Shown in pieces: positions 31,391 through 41,376 of a stretch of DNA of 64,000 bases. Below the pieces are notes generated by a model. It was not told the origin of the DNA. It saw only the letters and a program-made list of their open reading frames with translations, and searched no databases. Each line of letters begins with the position of its first letter. Position 1 is the first letter of the stretch. The position numbers and the translations under genes were made by a program. Location: positions 1-64,000 of IMG/VR virus record IMGVR_UViG_3300018080_000142, one strand, 5' to 3'. This stretch comes from a virus.

Positions 31391-31627
31391 TCAGTCCTCC
31401 ACTATTTTAGAATTATCAAGTAATATTTTCATAACCCTGCGCCTGGCTGCCTTACTTGGATAAGTCAGCGTGGCAGAGTATTTGTGCCACTCAGGTTGAA
31501 CTCTTGTCTTGGCCCAGATTTCATAACCTGTCTTTTTATCTGCTCCGGACCCTATCGGATGCAGGTCACGCTCCCGGATTATTACCCATCCGGCATCGGT
31601 AAGCTTTTTTTGATCAGTTGCATTCAT
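31391..31627 (-). CDS. Hypothetical protein
   Basis: 78-aa ORF coupled to its neighbours. Confidence 0.5.
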   Translation of the reverse strand: MNATDQKKLTDAGWVIIRERDLHPIGSGADKKTGYEIWAKTRVQPEWHKYSATLTYPSKAARRRVMKILLDNSKIVED

Positions 31628-31857
31628 GGTGATGTTTTTATTAATCGTTCAAGATAATCTTCTATATCATCAACAGATGTTGATTTTGTTTTTTCAACAT
31701 AAACTTCAATATCACCGTCAGCATTTTTATCAAAACGATACCAGTTTATCCTATAATAGAACTGATCCGCCAGTTCTTTTGCCTTCTCTATGTCCTCAGC
31801 TTCAATTACTATGGACATTCTCTGGGTATACTTAACTTCTACGTCAAATGTTTTCAT
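31624..31857 (-). CDS. Hypothetical protein (DpnD/PcfM-like pattern)
   Basis: FDVEV......IVIEAEDIEKAKELA pattern. Confidence 0.4.
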   Translation of the reverse strand: MKTFDVEVKYTQRMSIVIEAEDIEKAKELADQFYYRINWYRFDKNADGDIEVYVEKTKSTSVDDIEDYLERLIKTSP

Positions 31858-31859
31858 AA

Positions 31860-32087
31860 TTAAAATGCATTCAAGTCTTGTTTTGGTAATTCTTCAAGTT
31901 TCTCCATTTCCCAATCCTCCCTTGTGCTATTTAGCTCATTGAGATTCATGTAATACAGGTTAGGACTGATCATCAATCCACAATGGGCGCACTCATGACT
32001 AACGGTAGAAACCGGTTTGCTGTCGCTATACGAATTCATCGCTTGACCACAGTTCGGGCATTTTTCTGAATAACTATGTCCACTCAT
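31860..32087 (-). CDS. Zinc-ribbon protein
   Basis: CPNCG...CAHCG. Confidence 0.55.
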   Translation of the reverse strand: MSGHSYSEKCPNCGQAMNSYSDSKPVSTVSHECAHCGLMISPNLYYMNLNELNSTREDWEMEKLEELPKQDLNAF

Positions 32088-32126
32088 AATAAATAGTTTA
32101 ATGATTTGGGATGAAAATAATTTCAG

Positions 32127-34028
32127 TTAAAATCCTTCAAATATGGATCCCTGGTTACCGTCCATGTATGATACAAATGGAAACCTTGTGAACTTGGAAT
32201 TCTCATCCTTGGGATCCTCACGTTCATAGATCCTCCTGGACAGCCGGTCATACCTGAATATAGGATAATTGGTCTCATTCGTTGTTTCCCCGCCACGCTG
32301 CTTATTACGCATCGCCTGAACATGAAATCCAACCTTGTCAGATAGCCATTCATTGCTTTTCTCCTGGTGAACACACACTATAGCATTGGCTTTGGACCAC
32401 CATCTCTGGCCACCGGTTAGCAGTGCATGTGACGGCGGTTTGTCAAGATCTCCGGAATCCTTTATCGTCTTAGGATGATGGCAAATGAGATTTATGAGCT
32501 TATACTTCGTGTTGAGCCTCCCTTCAAAATTCAGCTGTTGCTCAATATAATGGTCAACATCGGTAAATCTATGGTTCAGTGCAGACCAGGGATCTGTCAG
32601 GAAACCTGTGATACCATGCTGTTTGATCATCTGTCTTTTAATTTCCCGCAGTTCTTCAGGAGTATACCCTTCTTCACGGTCAACAAAGAAAAAATACTTG
32701 TCAATAAAGCTTCTCCACGTTTCACGCATCTCATCATAAGTGGCTCTCTTGCTGTAACCAGGTTCAACAGGCTTGTTGATAAGTATTGAAACCATTATTT
32801 CTATCAAATCTGCCGGCGGGTAGTTCTCCGGGCAGTAAATCCCCCATTTCCATTTATATTTTACGGCAGAAATAAGCATCAACACCAGGGCAAACGATGT
32901 CTTACCCTGTTTTGGAAATCCGTTTATAACGATTGTCCATCCTCTTATCCATTTGAAAAACGGATCCAATGATGCAAAGCCTGTCTCTACTCCTGATGTT
33001 TTACCTTCGTGATAATTTTTATGGATCTCATCCTCATGATCCGAAGCGATAGTAACACCTTCGATCGGGAATACCTTTGCATTTTCAATGGTTCCTGCCA
33101 GCAATGCCTTGCCACGCTTTATCAAAAGTTCATTGGGATCATTTATAGGTTTACCATCATTATCCTTGTAGTCACCGAATCTGATATACTTGCATCTTTC
33201 GAAGCCTAGCCTCCTGGCAAGTTCCTGCCTAAGTTTTACTCCTGGTGGATCATCATCCGTAGCAATGTAAAACATCTCAATATCTTTAAGATCATCCAGA
33301 ACAGGATCCAGGTAGTCCAGATTGATGCTGCTCATAATCCTTATCTTACCGGTCTCAATGTAATATTTCTTCTCATCATCGGTTATGGACGCTCCATTCG
33401 GAACAGATATCACCGGTGTTATTCCTGCTTCATGATATGCCAGGACATCGTTCTCACCTTCGGTTATTACTGCCCATTTCGAACCTTTGATACTGTCGAT
33501 ATTGTACGGGATCAGGCTTGCACCCGGTATCATTTTGAAATTCTTAACAGGATCCCGGAACTTAATGTTCACAAGAACATCATCCTTTTTGTACTTATAG
33601 TTGATGCATTTCTTGGTTACCCATTTACCTTGCAGGTGTTCTTCACCAGGGGAAATTCTGTTCAGCAGTATTGATTCACTGTTCATTGAAATATCGAAAT
33701 GACGCAATGTACTGACACTGATTTTTCTTTTTTCCCAGAACCACTTCACAACCGGGTCGCTTATCGGCAGGTAGTCATAATTCTTCAGGACAGGTTTAAT
33801 CTTTGCGCGGGACAGATATTCCTCAGTAAGAACATATCCGGATTCCTTACAATGATTACATCTCCACGGCATAGGATCCTTACCAAGATTTACTGCAAAC
33901 TTTTTTTCCTTGTGATGTTCCGGCTTCCTGGTTGGAGTACAGATCGGGCAGGTGATATAATGCTCACCATTTCCGGACAAAGGGATATTAATCTCAAATA
34001 TCCCCTTGCTGGTCGCTATCTTGCTCAT
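32127..34028 (-). CDS. Bifunctional primase-helicase (T7 gp4/Twinkle-like)
   Basis: Zn finger CPIC...CNHC, TOPRIM motifs ITEGEND and ATDDDPPG, SF4 Walker A GFPKQGKTS. Confidence 0.88.
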   Translation of the reverse strand: MSKIATSKGIFEINIPLSGNGEHYITCPICTPTRKPEHHKEKKFAVNLGKDPMPWRCNHCKESGYVLTEEYLSRAKIKPVLKNYDYLPISDPVVKWFWEKRKISVSTLRHFDISMNSESILLNRISPGEEHLQGKWVTKKCINYKYKKDDVLVNIKFRDPVKNFKMIPGASLIPYNIDSIKGSKWAVITEGENDVLAYHEAGITPVISVPNGASITDDEKKYYIETGKIRIMSSINLDYLDPVLDDLKDIEMFYIATDDDPPGVKLRQELARRLGFERCKYIRFGDYKDNDGKPINDPNELLIKRGKALLAGTIENAKVFPIEGVTIASDHEDEIHKNYHEGKTSGVETGFASLDPFFKWIRGWTIVINGFPKQGKTSFALVLMLISAVKYKWKWGIYCPENYPPADLIEIMVSILINKPVEPGYSKRATYDEMRETWRSFIDKYFFFVDREEGYTPEELREIKRQMIKQHGITGFLTDPWSALNHRFTDVDHYIEQQLNFEGRLNTKYKLINLICHHPKTIKDSGDLDKPPSHALLTGGQRWWSKANAIVCVHQEKSNEWLSDKVGFHVQAMRNKQRGGETTNETNYPIFRYDRLSRRIYEREDPKDENSKFTRFPFVSYMDGNQGSIFEGF

Positions 34029-34680
34029 ATTGCTTTTTCCGCTGTTCTTCAGTTATGGTTTCCTTTTTGGCTTTCTCAGCTGATTTAAACCCGGCTAAAA
34101 GCTTATTCGCCTCGGACCTCCAATCAATTTCATAATACGCATTCATTGGATTCAGCCATTTATCTGCCATCATGATCCTGCGATTGAATCCTCCCTTTCG
34201 TTCCAGCTCGAGATATTCGAGGTAAGCATTTCTTTGGCTTGTCAGGAATTCGCGGGAATATCCTTTTCTGACCTTGATATAATTGCTTAATGCTCTTTTC
34301 TTGGATCCAGGCCAGATTACCTTCCTTTGCCCATCAATCAGCTTTGTCCAGAAAGCATTCTCAAATTCAACTTCGATATCTGCAAATGCACTCTCCCACA
34401 TAGTAGTGATCTTAGGTATCGGAGTATTTTCCGGGTATATGAAACCTTTATCGACCAGGTCATGCAATAATGCTTCTTGCTGATCCGGGGTGAAGCCGGT
34501 TTTCCGGTAGGTTTCGATAACATCGACCTCCTTTTTGTTTTGAACGCAACGATAGATATAATCCATCAGAACGTATGCACTGCAGTTCAATCCCATATTG
34601 ACCCTTGCAGAATGGTTGATGGTGGTAGAACCAACTATTGTCGGTTTGCCTACCTTGAATTCATTTACTTTTTTTGCCAT
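33994..34680 (-). CDS. Putative replication initiator/replisome organiser
   Basis: N-terminal wHTH-like segment (LHDLVDKGFI) plus FENAFW..WPGSKKRA..NY and ADKWLN motifs of phage initiator C-terminal domains. Directly upstream of the primase-helicase. Start adjusted. Confidence 0.45.
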   Translation of the reverse strand: MAKKVNEFKVGKPTIVGSTTINHSARVNMGLNCSAYVLMDYIYRCVQNKKEVDVIETYRKTGFTPDQQEALLHDLVDKGFIYPENTPIPKITTMWESAFADIEVEFENAFWTKLIDGQRKVIWPGSKKRALSNYIKVRKGYSREFLTSQRNAYLEYLELERKGGFNRRIMMADKWLNPMNAYYEIDWRSEANKLLAGFKSAEKAKKETITEEQRKKQYEQDSDQQGDI

Positions 34681-35038
34681 TTTCTTCATTGTTGATTTCA
34701 GAAGAAGGTAATTTCCAGTTAACCATGTCAACAGTCTTTGTACTCTTACGGAATATCTCAACGTTGGTATTGACATCAACGGCTATTATCCAGTTTTCGG
34801 AGTGATCGCCGTGATACTCATAGAATGGAAGAAATATTTCATCCTTCCTTGGTTCGACAAAATATAACTTATCACCAGCAATTGATGTGAATGAAGCTAT
34901 TTCATTGCGCTGGTCAACATGGTTATGCCATGTCTTTAGTTCAATCTTCTCACCTTTTTTCAGGTGTTCATCGACACGTTTTCTTGCTGCTTGATTCTCA
35001 AGCTTCGCAACTTTCGGGTTCATTTTTCTAGTTGTCAT
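34661..35038 (-). CDS. Hypothetical protein
   Basis: 125-aa ORF overlapping both neighbours. Confidence 0.5.
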   Translation of the reverse strand: MTTRKMNPKVAKLENQAARKRVDEHLKKGEKIELKTWHNHVDQRNEIASFTSIAGDKLYFVEPRKDEIFLPFYEYHGDHSENWIIAVDVNTNVEIFRKSTKTVDMVNWKLPSSEINNEENGKKSK

Positions 35039-36539
35039 CGCTTAACAGATTATTTTTGGTTTTATCGTCCATTGCATATTTTTCACGGTTCTCAATAAGC
35101 CATTTGACTTTCTGGAACTGACCAAGCGTTACTTTACCGCTTACATCGTATTTCCTCTCAGCCAGCCAGCGGATCTGCCATTCTCTTGCCGGCTGTGCAG
35201 ATATCAGTTCAGAAGCCATAGCTTTCGTATATTCAATGCCTTCCTGGTACACTCCCATATCGATGATCCACTTAAGCTGTTTCTCGGTGGCCGGCTCAAG
35301 CATTTTCTCAGAATTCCACGGTCTCACTTCCGGAAGTTTCAGAAGGTTGATCTTCTTATCGGAACCGTAGCGGATCCTCATACGCCTCTCACGCTTTTCG
35401 CGTTCCTCGAGTAATTTCTGCCGGTGTTTCTCCGGAATGAAAAGTCTTTCCTCGATCGGTTTATCTCTTTCCAGCTCCCAGGCATTTACCAGGGATAGAT
35501 TACCAGAATTATCCACGAAATCAAGAACTATACAGTCCGAACTGCCTACCCTTTCCTGAAACATATCTGATTTCAGCCTTGTTCCCCGGCCGATACTCTG
35601 GATATATAGTGTCTCAGACTGCGTAGGACGCGCCATAATGATACATCCGACATCATCATGATCGAAACCCTCAGTGAGTATGTTAACGTTTGTCAGGACG
35701 CTTATTTCACCTTTTCTAAAGCTTTCGACAATTTGTGTCCTGTTTGGGCAGCGAGTAGTATCACTAACGACAGTATCAGCATTAATCCCATTATCACGGA
35801 GAACACGACCCAGATTATACGCATGATCAATGTCCACACAGTAAGCAATAGTTTGTCTATTGTCCGCATATTCCTTGTATTTTGCAGCGATTAAAGTATT
35901 TCTTAACTCGGAATCCACCTTCTCAGAAAGCTGTTTAAGATTAAAGTCACCACCGGTTCGTTTAACCCGGCTGATATCTGCCGGTGTGCGGATCTGGTAT
36001 GCTGTCAGCGGTGCTAACCAACCGTCCCGGATCCCATCCTCGATAAGATATTGAAATGTTATCTCCTGAGCAATATTTGTCAGGCTGAGACCGTCAAGCC
36101 TTTTTGGTGTAGCTGTCCAGCCGGTAGTCAGTTTCGGTTCAAAATGCCTTACTGATTTCAGGTAAGATGGAGAGACATAATGATGTGCCTCGTCTATGAT
36201 GAGCAATTCAAATTCTCTCGGATCTATCTTGTCCAGCCGGTTATAAATGGTCTGAACAGATGCCACGACAATTTTCTTTTCGACTTCGAATACCGGTCCT
36301 TTTATTATGCCCACATTCATAGGCCAGTACTGCTCAATCTCATGGTAAGCCTGCATGATAAGTTCTTCCCGGTGTGCCAGGAACATAGTTCTCTTGAAAT
36401 GCTTTGCGAGGTCAACGGCTTGCATGCGCTTACCGGTCCCGGTAGCCTGCACGATCAGCTGCTTATTGATCCCGTTATCGTATTTTTCCTTTATTGCCTG
36501 CTTGCATGCAATCTGGTAAGGTCGCCAGCGTATATTCAT
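35028..36539 (-). CDS. SF2 DEAH-box helicase (ResIII/Irc3-like)
   Basis: ATGTGK, LAHREEL, IIDEAHH, TATPKRLD, LTEGFD and QSIGRGTR motifs. Confidence 0.9.
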   Translation of the reverse strand: MNIRWRPYQIACKQAIKEKYDNGINKQLIVQATGTGKRMQAVDLAKHFKRTMFLAHREELIMQAYHEIEQYWPMNVGIIKGPVFEVEKKIVVASVQTIYNRLDKIDPREFELLIIDEAHHYVSPSYLKSVRHFEPKLTTGWTATPKRLDGLSLTNIAQEITFQYLIEDGIRDGWLAPLTAYQIRTPADISRVKRTGGDFNLKQLSEKVDSELRNTLIAAKYKEYADNRQTIAYCVDIDHAYNLGRVLRDNGINADTVVSDTTRCPNRTQIVESFRKGEISVLTNVNILTEGFDHDDVGCIIMARPTQSETLYIQSIGRGTRLKSDMFQERVGSSDCIVLDFVDNSGNLSLVNAWELERDKPIEERLFIPEKHRQKLLEEREKRERRMRIRYGSDKKINLLKLPEVRPWNSEKMLEPATEKQLKWIIDMGVYQEGIEYTKAMASELISAQPAREWQIRWLAERKYDVSGKVTLGQFQKVKWLIENREKYAMDDKTKNNLLSDDN

Positions 36540-36542
36540 AGA

Positions 36543-37130
36543 TCAGAAATTTGTAGGTAATTTTTCGCTTACCTGTTCGGCAGGTACTTCTTCGTATTCA
36601 GCATCGTCAGCCCTCATCTTATTAAACTCACTTTTTAGCATAAAGCGCGTATGAGCCTCACATTTATTGCACCAATTATCATCAGAATCGCCTGTTTCGT
36701 AAAGTTCGATAACATTGTTGCTATTAGGATCCACCCATGCCTTAGTTTGGATGTTAATGCCTCCGCATTGCTCACAAACCAAAAGAGTATCATCTATGTT
36801 TGTGATATAATTTTCCAGGGCAAGTTTCATTTCAAAGATATGCCCGCGAAACTTCCTGTCTACATCTATGTAACCTTGGGTTACCTTGTCTGCATGAAGA
36901 ACGGTTGCATGATCTTTCATGCCGAAGGTCTCGCCGATCTTGGATGTACTGCAGTTCGTCATTAACCTTGCAAAGTACATACATATCTGTCTTGCTTGTA
37001 CAACTTCACGCCTTCTGGTTTTTATCATGATCATCCCTTCGGATACGCCAGTGAATTTACTCACTGTCTTAAGAATTCTGTCCAGAAATTCCGGACCTTG
37101 TAAGTCATTTCTCAAAATTACTTGTGCCAT
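36543..37130 (-). CDS. DnaA C-terminal (domain IV) HTH protein fused to a zinc ribbon
   Basis: RRREVVQARQICMYFAR...S.IGETFG.KDHATVLHA is the DnaA domain IV signature, followed by CEQCG...WCNKC. No AAA+ domain. Confidence 0.8.
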   Translation of the reverse strand: MAQVILRNDLQGPEFLDRILKTVSKFTGVSEGMIMIKTRRREVVQARQICMYFARLMTNCSTSKIGETFGMKDHATVLHADKVTQGYIDVDRKFRGHIFEMKLALENYITNIDDTLLVCEQCGGINIQTKAWVDPNSNNVIELYETGDSDDNWCNKCEAHTRFMLKSEFNKMRADDAEYEEVPAEQVSEKLPTNF

Positions 37131-37212
37131 AATTCTCTTTTATTTGGTTTAAGAAGAAAATAATTAAAGGGCAGGCATATCAACGATCAAACAGTCCTCG
37201 GCTATTTTTTCA

Positions 37213-37833
37213 TTAATTATCTATGCCTGCCCTCGTTAAAAGATATTCGTCAAGTGATTTGTACTTATAGCGAATCTTGCGTGGACCGCCACTTTTATCA
37301 GTTGTCTTGAATCTCTCTGGAAGGAATGTCGTTGGAAACAGTGCATTTGCAGGGATTATCTGCCCTTTCTTGTTAACCTGCGGATGCGTGATTATTTTTT
37401 GCACATAAATGTGGTGGATCTGGAATACCCACTTCTGATCGATGGCAAATCTTCGCCATGCATCGTTCTGATTGTAATTTCCCTTTACATCGATAACTGA
37501 ATAATACAGATCACGCTCACTTGAGTAATTAGCTATTATTGGATAGCTTTTTACACTCTGGGTAAGTATATCGTTGTAACCCACATATAGCTTCTTATGC
37601 AGTTCTTTCGACCAGTAGATCAGGAAATCTGCCTTGTATTCATGGCCGACCAGTAATTTAACGGTACGCTCCTTTGTTTTGGTCTTAAGCTGTTCTATAA
37701 AGCCTATTGTGGCTCCATCGAACAATTTAAATGATTTGGGCTGATATTTCAGGAGAGTTATGTAACCATGCTTTTTCAGTTCATCCAGCCACCAGGAAAA
37801 GTACATTTCCTCATTGCTTTCAAATTCATTCAT
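37213..37833 (-). CDS. Putative PD-(D/E)xK endonuclease (DUF1064-like)
   Basis: FES..E...YQP..F.L...YKADF...IDVKG pattern. Confidence 0.5.
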   Translation of the reverse strand: MNEFESNEEMYFSWWLDELKKHGYITLLKYQPKSFKLFDGATIGFIEQLKTKTKERTVKLLVGHEYKADFLIYWSKELHKKLYVGYNDILTQSVKSYPIIANYSSERDLYYSVIDVKGNYNQNDAWRRFAIDQKWVFQIHHIYVQKIITHPQVNKKGQIIPANALFPTTFLPERFKTTDKSGGPRKIRYKYKSLDEYLLTRAGIDN

Positions 37834-38116
37834 TCCCTAAAAGTTCATTGATTCGTTCATCCATATAATTCCTTGGTTTGATAGTAAACCTGCTCTGGAA
37901 ACGCCTGGGAAAGCTATCCGGGAACCAGAGATCCTTGTTCGGTGATAGTTGATATATATGAATAAGTTCTGCCTGCTTCGTCATTGAGAAAGATTCCCAG
38001 TTCGGATACAAGCTTTTCCACTTCTTCTGAGCTTCCGCTACTGGACTGACCCCAACGGGAGCCGCGCAGTATAAACTCATAGTAAGAAATGTAAGTAAAA
38101 CCATCCATTTTCTCAT
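37826..38116 (-). CDS. Hypothetical secreted/membrane protein
   Basis: Signal-peptide-like N-terminus. Confidence 0.4.
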   Translation of the reverse strand: MRKWMVLLTFLTMSLYCAAPVGVSPVAEAQKKWKSLYPNWESFSMTKQAELIHIYQLSPNKDLWFPDSFPRRFQSRFTIKPRNYMDERINELLGNE

Positions 38117-38164
38117 AGATTTTTTTTAGTTAGACATTACGATCCGGGAGTTTCCGGGAAAGAT

Positions 38165-38190
38165 AAAAAAAGAGCATTACGCTCCCTTTT
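38165..38190 (-). terminator. Possible intrinsic terminator
   Basis: Short GAGC/GCTC stem next to an A7 tract (U tract on the minus strand). Confidence 0.4.
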
Positions 38191-38214
38191 ATACACTGCT
38201 AAGGTACAGAATTC

Positions 38215-38358
38215 CTACATATTATCATTGAGTTTCCCCTCTTTTTTTGCCCACTCCCAGAATTCCTGTTCATTTAGCTCGGCTTCTTTTGCCAGTTGTT
38301 CCAGAACTTCTGGATGATCTGACAAATATTCCAGGTAAAGTTCCTTAATTTTCCCCAT
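38215..38358 (-). CDS. Small hypothetical protein (47 aa, not in the ORF track)
   Basis: MGKIKELYLEYLSDHPEVLEQLAKEAELNEQEFWEWAKKEGKLNDNM*, starting just after the DnaJ stop. Confidence 0.5.
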   Translation of the reverse strand: MGKIKELYLEYLSDHPEVLEQLAKEAELNEQEFWEWAKKEGKLNDNM

Positions 38359-38362
38359 GATA

Positions 38363-38659
38363 TTAACCTATTAATGAATATGCTGCATTTATTTTTTTCA
38401 TCATCTTTTCACACCTTGCAATATCGTCCGGATTCCTGTCAGGATGCCATCTCATAGCAAGTTTGTAGTAAGCTTTCCTGATCTCATCTGTGGTTGCCTC
38501 TGTGGTAACCCCAAGTACAGTATACGGATCCTGTTCATGCAATACCTCCCAGGCTTCGTCAGGACTCATCCTCTTAAAGAAAGCCCTGTTCCATTGCTGT
38601 TGATCCCCGTAACCTTCCTTCTCGGGATTGTAAGTTTTATAGCCGTCTAGGAATCCCAT
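38363..38659 (-). CDS. J-domain (DnaJ-like) protein
   Basis: DPYTVLGV...EIRKAYYKLAMRWHPDRNP...INAAY with an intact HPD motif. Confidence 0.9.
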   Translation of the reverse strand: MGFLDGYKTYNPEKEGYGDQQQWNRAFFKRMSPDEAWEVLHEQDPYTVLGVTTEATTDEIRKAYYKLAMRWHPDRNPDDIARCEKMMKKINAAYSLIG

Positions 38660-39138
38660 AATGTATAATGACCATCAACTATGCCTGGCTTCTCGGTACT
38701 GGCAGATTTTGTAGTCTCAGCTTCCTTCATCCTTTGTTTCAATATCTTTCTTCGCTTTTCATAGATGTGCTTACGCAACGGTCCTAGCAGATAATTGATA
38801 CTGTAATCATCCAGATCTTTCGGAGCCTTTATATCATCCCAATGATTCTCACCGAAATACTGCTCCAATACTTTGCAGGTTATATGAAAGTAAATATCTG
38901 CCCATTCACTGCTCATAGGTGCTTCAAGAGATCGTGTATAAATGAAAATAGCCACTTCAACATCTGTAGCAGTTTCTTTCTTTTGGACCATATTTGCAAG
39001 TCTTGCTACCGTTACCTGGGCAAGCAATCTCTGCGGTATGGTATCCGCCCACGCCTGAGAGTGAGTCAGAATCGGTGATTCCAATGCATCCATCAGGTCA
39101 AACCAATGACTGTCAAATGTTTTCGATCTGGACTTCAT
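38647..39138 (-). CDS. Hypothetical protein
   Basis: ORF overlapping its neighbours. Start uncertain. Confidence 0.5.
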   Translation of the reverse strand: MKSRSKTFDSHWFDLMDALESPILTHSQAWADTIPQRLLAQVTVARLANMVQKKETATDVEVAIFIYTRSLEAPMSSEWADIYFHITCKVLEQYFGENHWDDIKAPKDLDDYSINYLLGPLRKHIYEKRRKILKQRMKEAETTKSASTEKPGIVDGHYTLWDS

Positions 39139-39358
39139 GTGGTGTTTCGTTAGTTGGCAGACCAAGGGATCTCAGGTGTTTGCAGTATCGCCTTGTACGG
39201 TAAGCCGGGCAACTGCATCCCCAGTGTCGGTTCTTCTTATTCTGAGCAATTATATAAATGCGGTTGCTCGTTTCAGATCTGATTTCAAATCTGTTGGTCC
39301 ATTGATCATTGTCAGGCAATGCAATGGATGGATCAATATACAATGTCGGTTTATCCAT
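39113..39358 (-). CDS. SWIM zinc-finger protein
   Basis: WGCSCP......CKH. Confidence 0.7.
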   Translation of the reverse strand: MDKPTLYIDPSIALPDNDQWTNRFEIRSETSNRIYIIAQNKKNRHWGCSCPAYRTRRYCKHLRSLGLPTNETPHEVQIENI

Positions 39359-39359
39359 G

Positions 39360-39815
39360 TTAAAATAGTGTTAATTGTTCCTGTTGTTTTTCTTCTCTTG
39401 GCATGAATATCAGCTCATCACACATAACATACTCTTGCTTACCCTTTTTAACCCTCATACCGTTATAAGTGAACCCGTGATGATATTCACCATCATCTTT
39501 CAAATAATTCAATTTCGAGGCTTCCTGGTGTGTATGAGACTTCCCTTTGTAATATTCGATCGGAACCAACCGGTATGTGGTGACATTCGTTCTTACGCCA
39601 CCATAACTACCTGTAAATTTCATTCCCGTTGATATTCTCAGACCGTCTTTCCACTTAAAAGGCTTTCTGAAAGTACTTTTCTGGCCTATCATATCTGCGC
39701 TGTAAGATTCTGCTATATCGCCTCCTGGGATAGATCTGCCTTTATCAGCATCCCAGGAACTACTCTTAAATCTTGCAGGATCAGCATAGACTATGTTCTC
39801 AACATTTTCTTTCAT
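39360..39815 (-). CDS. Hypothetical protein
   Basis: 151 aa, ending in EQLTLF (resembles a beta-clamp-binding motif). Confidence 0.5.
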   Translation of the reverse strand: MKENVENIVYADPARFKSSSWDADKGRSIPGGDIAESYSADMIGQKSTFRKPFKWKDGLRISTGMKFTGSYGGVRTNVTTYRLVPIEYYKGKSHTHQEASKLNYLKDDGEYHHGFTYNGMRVKKGKQEYVMCDELIFMPREEKQQEQLTLF

Positions 39816-40270
39816 AACATATTGGCATCGGCAAAACTGAAGTGTGATTCATTAGTTATGATAATATGATCGAGTACCTGAATAGACAATAATTTCCCGG
39901 CATCAATAATCATATCAGTCATATTTTTGTCTGAACCGCTAGGCTCAACATTGCCTGACGGATGGTTATGTGCTACAATCAATGATGTTGCTTGAGCTTT
40001 CAGAGCCGTAGCAAACATGATTCGATTATCAACAGTAGTGCCTGCCATGCCTCCATTCGACAAATTCAGTACGCCGAGTACTCGATTTGAATTATTCAGC
40101 AAGATTACTTTAAATGACTCCTGGATCCTGATACTGTCCGGATCCCATACCCTGCGTAGAATTTCTACGGCTGCATCTGAATTCTGTATCTGCGGACGAT
40201 CCGAAGCTTTTATCTCTGGATTGTACTTCAGCTGGATCTCACATACCTTGGTTAACTGCTCATTATCCAT
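39812..40270 (-). CDS. radC: RadC-like JAB domain protein
   Basis: QESFKVILLN...AHNHPSG..EPS..D...VLDHIII. Confidence 0.88.
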   Translation of the reverse strand: MDNEQLTKVCEIQLKYNPEIKASDRPQIQNSDAAVEILRRVWDPDSIRIQESFKVILLNNSNRVLGVLNLSNGGMAGTTVDNRIMFATALKAQATSLIVAHNHPSGNVEPSGSDKNMTDMIIDAGKLLSIQVLDHIIITNESHFSFADANML

Positions 40271-40282
40271 GTTCGATATTTT

Positions 40283-40546
40283 TTAATCCCAACCTTCGCA
40301 ACCGCAGTAATAATCGTCATGCTCACCATCCTTGTTGTGACCAAAGAATGCCAGTTCAATATCTGAATCAACCTCGTTACTGCATGAACGGTAATATAAA
40401 CATCTGGCTCTCCGGCCAGTTAGATCAGGAGCTTCTGTAACTGTTTCTGCTCCCTCTTTTAGACCAATACAGATTGCACAGGTAGGTTTGCCTGTCCTGG
40501 CATCCGTAGCATTAGCGGTATGACCGCATTTCATCATTACTGTCAT
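40283..40546 (-). CDS. Cys-rich small protein
   Basis: CGH, CAIC, C....C and YYCGC.GWD motifs. Confidence 0.5.
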   Translation of the reverse strand: MTVMMKCGHTANATDARTGKPTCAICIGLKEGAETVTEAPDLTGRRARCLYYRSCSNEVDSDIELAFFGHNKDGEHDDYYCGCEGWD

Positions 40547-40784
40547 CGTATTTCAGTGTTTTTTGGATTGATTTAAGTCTCTTAATTACTCTTTTCAGGT
40601 CTTTACCGGGTATGACAATAGTACATCTGCCAAACTTATTCTTCGATGTAATAGGTTCTATAATAATTCTTTCTCTGTCAACACTTCTCCATATAACTAC
40701 TCCAATACATTTGAATGTACCATTTCTACCAAGGAAAATCGTTTTTCTATTTTTCCTCCATTTAATCCATGATTCATGCACCAT
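40512..40784 (-). CDS. Hypothetical protein
   Basis: Basic 90-aa ORF in operon. Confidence 0.4.
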   Translation of the reverse strand: MVHESWIKWRKNRKTIFLGRNGTFKCIGVVIWRSVDRERIIIEPITSKNKFGRCTIVIPGKDLKRVIKRLKSIQKTLKYDDSNDEMRSYR

Positions 40785-41001
40785 AATCTGGTCCTCCTTT
40801 CATTGCATCCGGATCCGGACCATCATCCCATTTCTCGCCGCAATCGTTACATCCATTCTCGAACCAGTCTATTTTGTTTACCACGTAATGTTCACTACTA
40901 ACAGAGTGTGAACCGCAATTTGGACAGGTTAGACCATCTGGATACCTGGTATTCCAGGGCGCTCTTGGATCATTGTCTGATCCTGCAGGTAAGTTGCTCA
41001 T
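40774..41001 (-). CDS. Zinc-ribbon protein
   Basis: CPNCGS...CNDCG. The N-terminal NLPAG..DPRAPWN motif is common in Bacteroidota phages. Confidence 0.55.
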   Translation of the reverse strand: MSNLPAGSDNDPRAPWNTRYPDGLTCPNCGSHSVSSEHYVVNKIDWFENGCNDCGEKWDDGPDPDAMKGGPDYGA

Positions 41002-41342
41002 TTTTTCTTCTTTTTGGGTTTTGTATAATAACCAATTCCGGTATGCTGACGCGGATTCTTGAAAATCTTATTCAGCTGTTTCGGATCAACAGCTTTGCGA
41101 TACAACTGACCGCGACCTTTCTTGGGATGCTTGATATATGTGGTCACACTCATGGTAGTCAAATAAACATTTATCCTGCATTCGAAACCTTGAATCTTCT
41201 TGAAAAATGATATCATCCCAATATTATCCTGTTCTATCATTTCATTCCAATCATGCTTTTCTGCAATACCGATTACACGAGCTTTTCTAACCTTTGTTAG
41301 AAATGAATAGCCTTTAACGAACTTAGTTTTTAATCCTTCCAT
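40998..41342 (-). CDS. Hypothetical protein
   Basis: 114-aa ORF downstream of the AATTATTTTC motif. Confidence 0.55.
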   Translation of the reverse strand: MEGLKTKFVKGYSFLTKVRKARVIGIAEKHDWNEMIEQDNIGMISFFKKIQGFECRINVYLTTMSVTTYIKHPKKGRGQLYRKAVDPKQLNKIFKNPRQHTGIGYYTKPKKKKK

Positions 41343-41376
41343 GTTGTTAAGAATATTTTAGAAGAAAATAATTGCT

